The notes beneath the pieces were generated by a model. The model made no database searches. It saw only the letters and a list, made by a program, of their open reading frames with translations, and was not told where the DNA came from. This document shows positions 37,490-41,184 of a DNA stretch of 41,184 nucleotides, one piece after another; positions within the stretch are counted from its first letter, which is position 1, and every line of letters starts with the position of its first letter. The stretch comes from a virus (lineage: Duplodnaviria > Caudoviricetes). The stretch is from positions 1-41,184 of IMG/VR virus record IMGVR_UViG_3300032283_000962. One strand, given 5' to 3'. A program made the position numbers and the translations under genes.

Positions 37490-37719
37490 TCTGCCACGCC
37501 CAGGTCAAGGGCCATACAGGAGACATACCCGGTGGTGAGCTCACCGAGCCGATGCCGCTGCACGGCAAAGTACTGGAATTCCTGCACGACTTGACCCCAG
37601 CACACGGAGGTCACATAGGATCGAGCCATCACCCGAGCCTCAGCCAAGTCGCGAGCCACACCCACCACCGAGCGGTCGTAGGAGTCACCAAAGTCAACAA
37701 CCAAAAGTTCCATCGTCAT
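37486..37719 (-). CDS. Cassette hypothetical protein
   Basis: AAAGGGA RBS; stop lies inside the box. Confidence 0.7.
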   Translation of the reverse strand: MTMELLVVDFGDSYDRSVVGVARDLAEARVMARSYVTSVCWGQVVQEFQYFAVQRHRLGELTTGYVSCMALDLGVAD

Positions 37720-37739
37720 ATCCCTTTCCTTATATGGTC

Positions 37740-37793
37740 ATTATACCATGGCCAGAGGCCTATGTCAACAGGGAAATTATTACAAAGTGTTAA
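37740..37793 (-). promoter_or_regulatory. Boxed early promoter element
   Basis: TTGACA-17-TATAAT plus box ttacaaagtgttaa. Confidence 0.9.
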
Positions 37794-38164
37794 CCTTGGT
37801 CCTCCACCGTCGCCTTGATATACGCCTCGCGATCGTAGGACAGACCCTCACGGAAGCAGTAGTAGCCATAGTCGCCACCCACGTCAGCAGCCTCCACATG
37901 CCGACGTATGGCATCACCGACCGAAATTTTCTGCGCTATAGCGAGGTCAAACATCCGATCGATCCAGGAGCTCCAGGCACGGTCATGTCCCTCGAGCTCA
38001 CGCTCTTGTTCGCGGTCAAGCTCGATGCACATGGATTCCCACAGGCCCTGCTTGTCGTCCGGGCTCAGGCCCTTCCAAAGCTGCATGAACCTGGCGCCGG
38101 GCCGAGTGCCATAGGCATCCTTGTGAAGATCGGAAACGGTCTGGTCGTCATAGGTGTAGGTCAT
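37790..38164 (-). CDS. Cassette hypothetical protein (SDLHKDAYG.RP motif)
   Basis: AAAGGGA RBS; stop lies inside the box. Confidence 0.75.
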   Translation of the reverse strand: MTYTYDDQTVSDLHKDAYGTRPGARFMQLWKGLSPDDKQGLWESMCIELDREQERELEGHDRAWSSWIDRMFDLAIAQKISVGDAIRRHVEAADVGGDYGYYCFREGLSYDREAYIKATVEDQG

Positions 38165-38191
38165 GTTATGCATCCCTTTGTCTATGAGTGG

Positions 38192-38245
38192 ATTATACCA
38201 TCACCAGCGGGCAATGTCAACAGGGAAATTATTACAAAGCGTTAA
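38192..38245 (-). promoter_or_regulatory. Boxed early promoter element
   Basis: TTGACA-17-TATAAT plus box ttacaaagcgttaa. Confidence 0.9.
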
Positions 38246-38532
38246 CCTAGCTTGGCCAGGATCTGGTCCAGCTTGGCCTCGAGCCTTCGAAGGGTGACCA
38301 TCACATCATCCTCCGCAGGCGCCGCTGCATTCTGTCGACTGAGACCGGTCATATATGAATTCAGATCATCATCATTGGGTGCTGCATCATGCTGCGCCGC
38401 ATAATTGCCTTTATACCATGCATTCTTTAGTGTCAAATCACTACCTGTACTTAAATAGGGACATTTTGCATCCATTTTATATGCAAGATACCCTCGGTTA
38501 TAAGCGACATCAAGCATTGCCTGTGTAGCCAT
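38242..38532 (-). CDS. RMF-like micro-protein with a C-terminal coiled coil
   Basis: AYNRGYLAY....CPY........AW..G, then LRRLEAKLDQIL; GGAGG RBS. Confidence 0.6.
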   Translation of the reverse strand: MATQAMLDVAYNRGYLAYKMDAKCPYLSTGSDLTLKNAWYKGNYAAQHDAAPNDDDLNSYMTGLSRQNAAAPAEDDVMVTLRRLEAKLDQILAKLG

Positions 38533-38534
38533 GA

Positions 38535-38720
38535 TTAGCAATCCTCCTCGTGCAGGGCCATCTCATACTCACGATCATACTGCTCATCGGATTCGTACTT
38601 CTCATCATCCCAACCATCACGCCAATCACGGTACTCCGCAGTGTAGTACCGGTGGGGGTTACCCGTAGTCGGCAATCCATAATGGTAGGCCTTGCGGCCG
38701 GCAAAGTAAGCTGAGGTCAT
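38535..38720 (-). CDS. RMF/CrpP-fold-like micro-protein
   Basis: AYFAGRKAY..G.....NPH.....EY.DW.DGW; AGGAG RBS. Confidence 0.6.
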   Translation of the reverse strand: MTSAYFAGRKAYHYGLPTTGNPHRYYTAEYRDWRDGWDDEKYESDEQYDREYEMALHEEDC

Positions 38721-38743
38721 GTCTGTCTCCTGTTTACAAGTGG

Positions 38744-38797
38744 ATTATATCAGGCTCGAGAGTGGATGTCAACCTTTAAATTATTACATTTTGGTAA
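38744..38797 (-). promoter_or_regulatory. Boxed early promoter element
   Basis: TTGACA-17-TATAAT plus box ttacattttggtaa. Confidence 0.88.
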
Positions 38798-38804
38798 CCT
38801 AAGG

Positions 38805-38996
38805 TTACAGGATCTTCTCCAAGATCGATCGTATTTCGAACATCATGACGCGAATAGCTTCCTTCTTGACTTCTTTTGGATCATGTAACTGGCACATACT
38901 ATGATATAGTTCACCGGTGATGCTCGGTGCACCGATCTCTTTTCCATCCACAATGACAGGAACTCTGAGCTCACTAAACTCCTGCATATCGGTCAT
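38805..38996 (-). CDS. Hypothetical protein
   Basis: Starts just after the upstream stop; AAGGA nearby. Confidence 0.6.
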   Translation of the reverse strand: MTDMQEFSELRVPVIVDGKEIGAPSITGELYHSMCQLHDPKEVKKEAIRVMMFEIRSILEKIL

Positions 38997-39000
38997 CCTT

Positions 39001-39225
39001 TCAGGTGTACTTTCGGAGGTAGACATCGAGGCGACCATCGCTCAACGAATTGATCCGGAGTGACACACCCTCGAGATTAGCCTCGGAGTTCAATTGATTC
39101 CGGATCCAGCGCCGAGCAACCTCAACTGCCACAATCCATTCATCGGCGGCTTCGGTCACCCTATCATATGAGATCCTAGCGTGGCCGAAAACCTCTAGAG
39201 CGGACCAGGTGTCATTGGTGTTCAT
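39001..39225 (-). CDS. Small protein of the 'EAxxEGVxLR' family
   Basis: IRNQLNSEANLEGVSLR...LDVYLRKYT; AAGGA RBS. Confidence 0.75.
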   Translation of the reverse strand: MNTNDTWSALEVFGHARISYDRVTEAADEWIVAVEVARRWIRNQLNSEANLEGVSLRINSLSDGRLDVYLRKYT

Positions 39226-39253
39226 GATGATGTATCCTTTTGTTTACAGTTGG

Positions 39254-39307
39254 ATTATATCAAGCTTAGGCACGGCTGTCAACCACTAAGTTATTACAAA
39301 GCGTTAA
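39254..39307 (-). promoter_or_regulatory. Boxed early promoter element
   Basis: TTGACA-17-TATAAT plus box ttacaaagcgttaa. Confidence 0.9.
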
Positions 39308-39555
39308 CCTTCCTCAGTCTCACCGTCCACGTCCTGGCCTTCGGCCTCGACGAAATGCTCATTGTACTGCTCGAGAGTCTCCTGGAAGGATCGGATCAGC
39401 TCATGCATCTGATCGAATGCACGCTGTTCCTGATAGCTAGACATCTCCCGAGGCTCACCTTCATCAATAGCGTCACCGAGCATGCCAATCAATTGGCGAA
39501 TAGCGGCCGCAGTGTTCTCGAAGGCGCAATAAGACATGTTGGGATAGTTGCTCAT
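39304..39555 (-). CDS. Cassette hypothetical protein (NMSYC.FENT motif)
   Basis: AAGGAG RBS; stop lies inside the box. Confidence 0.75.
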   Translation of the reverse strand: MSNYPNMSYCAFENTAAAIRQLIGMLGDAIDEGEPREMSSYQEQRAFDQMHELIRSFQETLEQYNEHFVEAEGQDVDGETEEG

Positions 39556-39583
39556 CTGTTTGTCTCCTTTCCTTATATGATGA

Positions 39584-39727
39584 TTAATCTTCGTCAGAAT
39601 CAAATGTTTCGGCGACGATATCGGCAAAGATATTCTTCATATCCTCACGGGTCACACCCTCCATTTTATAACGACCGAGCAGATCGTCGAGGTCGAGAGC
39701 AAATTCAAAATCGGCGGAGTTTGTCAT
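39584..39727 (-). CDS. Small acidic hypothetical protein
   Basis: AAGGGA RBS downstream of a promoter. Confidence 0.65.
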   Translation of the reverse strand: MTNSADFEFALDLDDLLGRYKMEGVTREDMKNIFADIVAETFDSDED

Positions 39728-39754
39728 GTCTGTCATTCCCTTGTTCATATATGG

Positions 39755-39808
39755 ATTATACCACAGATCGGTACCGATGTCAACCACAGATTTGTTAACT
39801 TTTGTTAA
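39755..39808 (-). promoter_or_regulatory. Boxed early promoter element
   Basis: TTGACA-17-TATAAT plus box ttaacttttgttaa. Confidence 0.9.
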
Positions 39809-39834
39809 TCCGGGAAAGAAAATAGGACAGACTC

Positions 39835-39893
39835 TATGACCTATTATATGTCAATGGTTATGACCTAATATATGTCAATGGTTATGACCTAAT
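39835..39893. repeat. Non-coding 24-bp tandem repeat, about 2.5 copies (tatgacctawtatatgtcaatggt)
   Basis: Units at 39835, 39859 and 39883 (partial). Confidence 0.9.
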
Positions 39894-40011
39894 TCGTAAG
39901 ATCCACAGAACCACTCTCCATATATGTCACAATACGTTACCAATTAATTAGTTGCGATTTGGAAGGGCATGTCCTTCCTTAGAAGGATAAATCCTTCCTT
40001 TAGTATAGGAT

Positions 40012-40077
40012 TTACAATAGATCTTCTTCAAATTGCATAAAGACTTGAATATGGACTTGATCTCTAATACTAGTCAT
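40012..40077 (-). CDS. 21-aa collapsed QVxx micro-protein (not in the ORF track)
   Basis: MTSIRDQVHIQVFMQFEEDLL*; ATGA-coupled; same N- and C-termini as its neighbours. Confidence 0.55.
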   Translation of the reverse strand: MTSIRDQVHIQVFMQFEEDLL

Positions 40078-40250
40078 ACTAGGTCATCTTTAAGTTGATT
40101 ATAGACTTGATTAGAGACTTGACTATTGACTTGACCCAAGACTTGGTGCCGGATTTGACTCCAGACTTGATTATGGACTTGACTATTGACTTGACTATGG
40201 ACATGATTATAGACTTGTTGAATATGGACTTGATCTCTAATAGTAGTCAT
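40074..40250 (-). CDS. QVxx-repeat micro-protein (58 aa, not in the ORF track)
   Basis: MTTIRDQVHIQQVYNHVHSQVNSQVHNQVWSQIRHQVLGQVNSQVSNQVYNQLKDDLV*. Confidence 0.75.
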   Translation of the reverse strand: MTTIRDQVHIQQVYNHVHSQVNSQVHNQVWSQIRHQVLGQVNSQVSNQVYNQLKDDLV

Positions 40251-40438
40251 TACACTAGATCTTCTTCAAGTTGCATATAGACTTGACCAGAGACTTGGAT
40301 ATAGACTTGATTACAGACTTGATTACAGACTTGATTCCGGATTTGACTCCAGACTTTATTATTCTCGACATGATTATAGACTTGATTAAAGACTCGATCG
40401 CAGACTTGCCTATAGACTTGATCTCTAATATCAGTCAT
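40250..40438 (-). CDS. QVxx-repeat micro-protein
   Basis: 12-bp CAAGTCnnnnnn repeats; ends MQLEEDLV. Confidence 0.75.
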   Translation of the reverse strand: MTDIRDQVYRQVCDRVFNQVYNHVENNKVWSQIRNQVCNQVCNQVYIQVSGQVYMQLEEDLV

Positions 40439-40623
40439 GATAGGTCATCTTTAAGTTGATTCTCGACTTGATTATGGACTTGACTATTGACTTGATTATA
40501 GACTTGACCCAAGACTTGGTGCCGGATTTGACTCCAGACTTTATTATTCTCGACATGATTATAGACTTGACTATGGACTTGACCCAAGACTTGAATATAA
40601 ACTTGATCTTTAATACTAGTCAT
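40435..40623 (-). CDS. QVxx-repeat micro-protein
   Basis: 12-bp repeats; ends NQLKDDLS. Confidence 0.75.
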   Translation of the reverse strand: MTSIKDQVYIQVLGQVHSQVYNHVENNKVWSQIRHQVLGQVYNQVNSQVHNQVENQLKDDLS

Positions 40624-40799
40624 GATAGATCATCTTTAAGTTGTTCTTTTATTAAAACAAGTACTATACTATAAAGATTACCACTAACAAGATCACTGAC
40701 TTGATTTTGTTCCTTGTAATAGAATTGATCTCTGACTCTATCCCCAGCCTGGAATATAGGTTTATTTCTAATTATACTATGAAGAGAATTAACAGTCAT
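40620..40799 (-). CDS. Micro-protein of the '..EQLxEDL' family
   Basis: MTVNSL...DRVRDQ...LIKEQLKDDLS; ATGA-coupled. Confidence 0.7.
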   Translation of the reverse strand: MTVNSLHSIIRNKPIFQAGDRVRDQFYYKEQNQVSDLVSGNLYSIVLVLIKEQLKDDLS

Positions 40800-40972
40800 T
40801 TTTTGCACTTATACTTTATATCATACCTCAGTTGCTCTTTTACAAGTTCGACAGTGTTACCAGTATGGGGATTGGTTTTATAAAGATTAGATGCATTATG
40901 ATCATATAGATCTATTTGTTGAAGAACATTCCAAACTATAGGATCATATATTTTGCTCTTGGTACTATTCAT
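40796..40972 (-). CDS. Micro-protein of the '..EQLxEDL' family (58 aa, not in the ORF track)
   Basis: MNSTKSKIYDPIVWNVLQQ...VELVKEQLRYDIKYKCKK*. Confidence 0.6.
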   Translation of the reverse strand: MNSTKSKIYDPIVWNVLQQIDLYDHNASNLYKTNPHTGNTVELVKEQLRYDIKYKCKK

Positions 40973-41184
40973 TACTTTTCAGACTAGCAGGAAGATGATA
41001 TACACGACGAGTCTCGTCCGTGTTTTCAAATCGCTTGTGAGGTGAGTCTGGATAAAAATCCCCATTCTCGTCTATATTAATACCAGGCAATTGATCGGTC
41101 GGCACCTCCGGAGTAGTCAAGTACCGGAATCCACAATAGTTATCAGTAGAATGGAGGATATGTTCTATTGCTCCCATATAACCC
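40965..41184 (-). CDS. Hypothetical protein, probably truncated by the window edge
   Basis: IE.ILH...NY.GFRYL...PGI motif; the frame is open to the end of the window. Confidence 0.6.
   Translation of the reverse strand, partial: GYMGAIEHILHSTDNYCGFRYLTTPEVPTDQLPGINIDENGDFYPDSPHKRFENTDETRRVYHLPASLKSNE

Noticed and set aside
36218-39808. Classical integron attC sites (genes ending RYYTAAC, e.g. GCCTAAC, with GTT downstream)
   Set aside because: There is no extended attC hairpin, the spacing is too short, the GTT is part of the -35 hexamer, and no integrase is in the window. Kept only as an analogy.
36218-39808. CRISPR array
   Set aside because: The repeats are degenerate promoters and the 'spacers' are 250-600 bp ORFs. 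No cas genes are present.
31659-39808. The conserved promoter box as a general CtrA site or dif/Xer site
   Set aside because: The half-site spacing is mostly N6 rather than N7, and there is no 11-6-11 XerC/XerD arm match.
39835-39882. Promoter formed by TTGACA and TATAAT inside the 24-bp repeat
   Set aside because: The hexamers are either adjacent or 24 bp apart, which does not fit sigma70 spacing.
40012-40623. Diversity-generating retroelement TR/VR pair or mini-CRISPR
   Set aside because: The differences are not adenine-specific, no reverse transcriptase is in the window, and the repeats are 12-bp coding units.
40095-40674. Plus-strand 'DL'-repeat ORFs
   Set aside because: They are antisense readings of the QVxx repeats. 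The minus-strand ORFs are coupled and match the orientation of the region.

Overview
A 41 kb segment of a T4-like (Tevenvirinae-related) myophage genome, probably with a GC-richer proteobacterial host (inference). Bases 1-22.0 kb are an AT-rich late virion module. On the minus strand are baseplate gp8, gp7-like, gp6, gp25, PAAR, a split gp5, a hub protein, gp53 and gp48. Divergently on the plus strand are gp4, gp2, gp54, gp26, a start-less gp51-like ORF reached most simply by a -1 frameshift, a 3TM holin-like gene, and two giant paralogous proteins ending in a tail-lysozyme domain and a peptidase M15 domain. Bases 22.0-25.5 kb hold gp32, gp59, gp33 and two tRNAs. Bases 25.5-41.2 kb are an early/accessory region on the minus strand with about 18 near-consensus sigma70 promoters. 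Twelve of these carry a conserved palindromic box exactly 11 bp upstream of the -35, and they punctuate an array of 1-3-gene cassettes whose stop codons often lie inside the box. This region also holds a DUF6745-like gene pair, about 15 paralogous ~60-aa 'QVxx/..EQLxEDL' micro-proteins in coupled tandem arrays, several RMF-like micro-proteins, a DUF932 protein, a SWIM-finger protein and an HNH nuclease. Family assignments come from recognised motifs and synteny, not from database searches.
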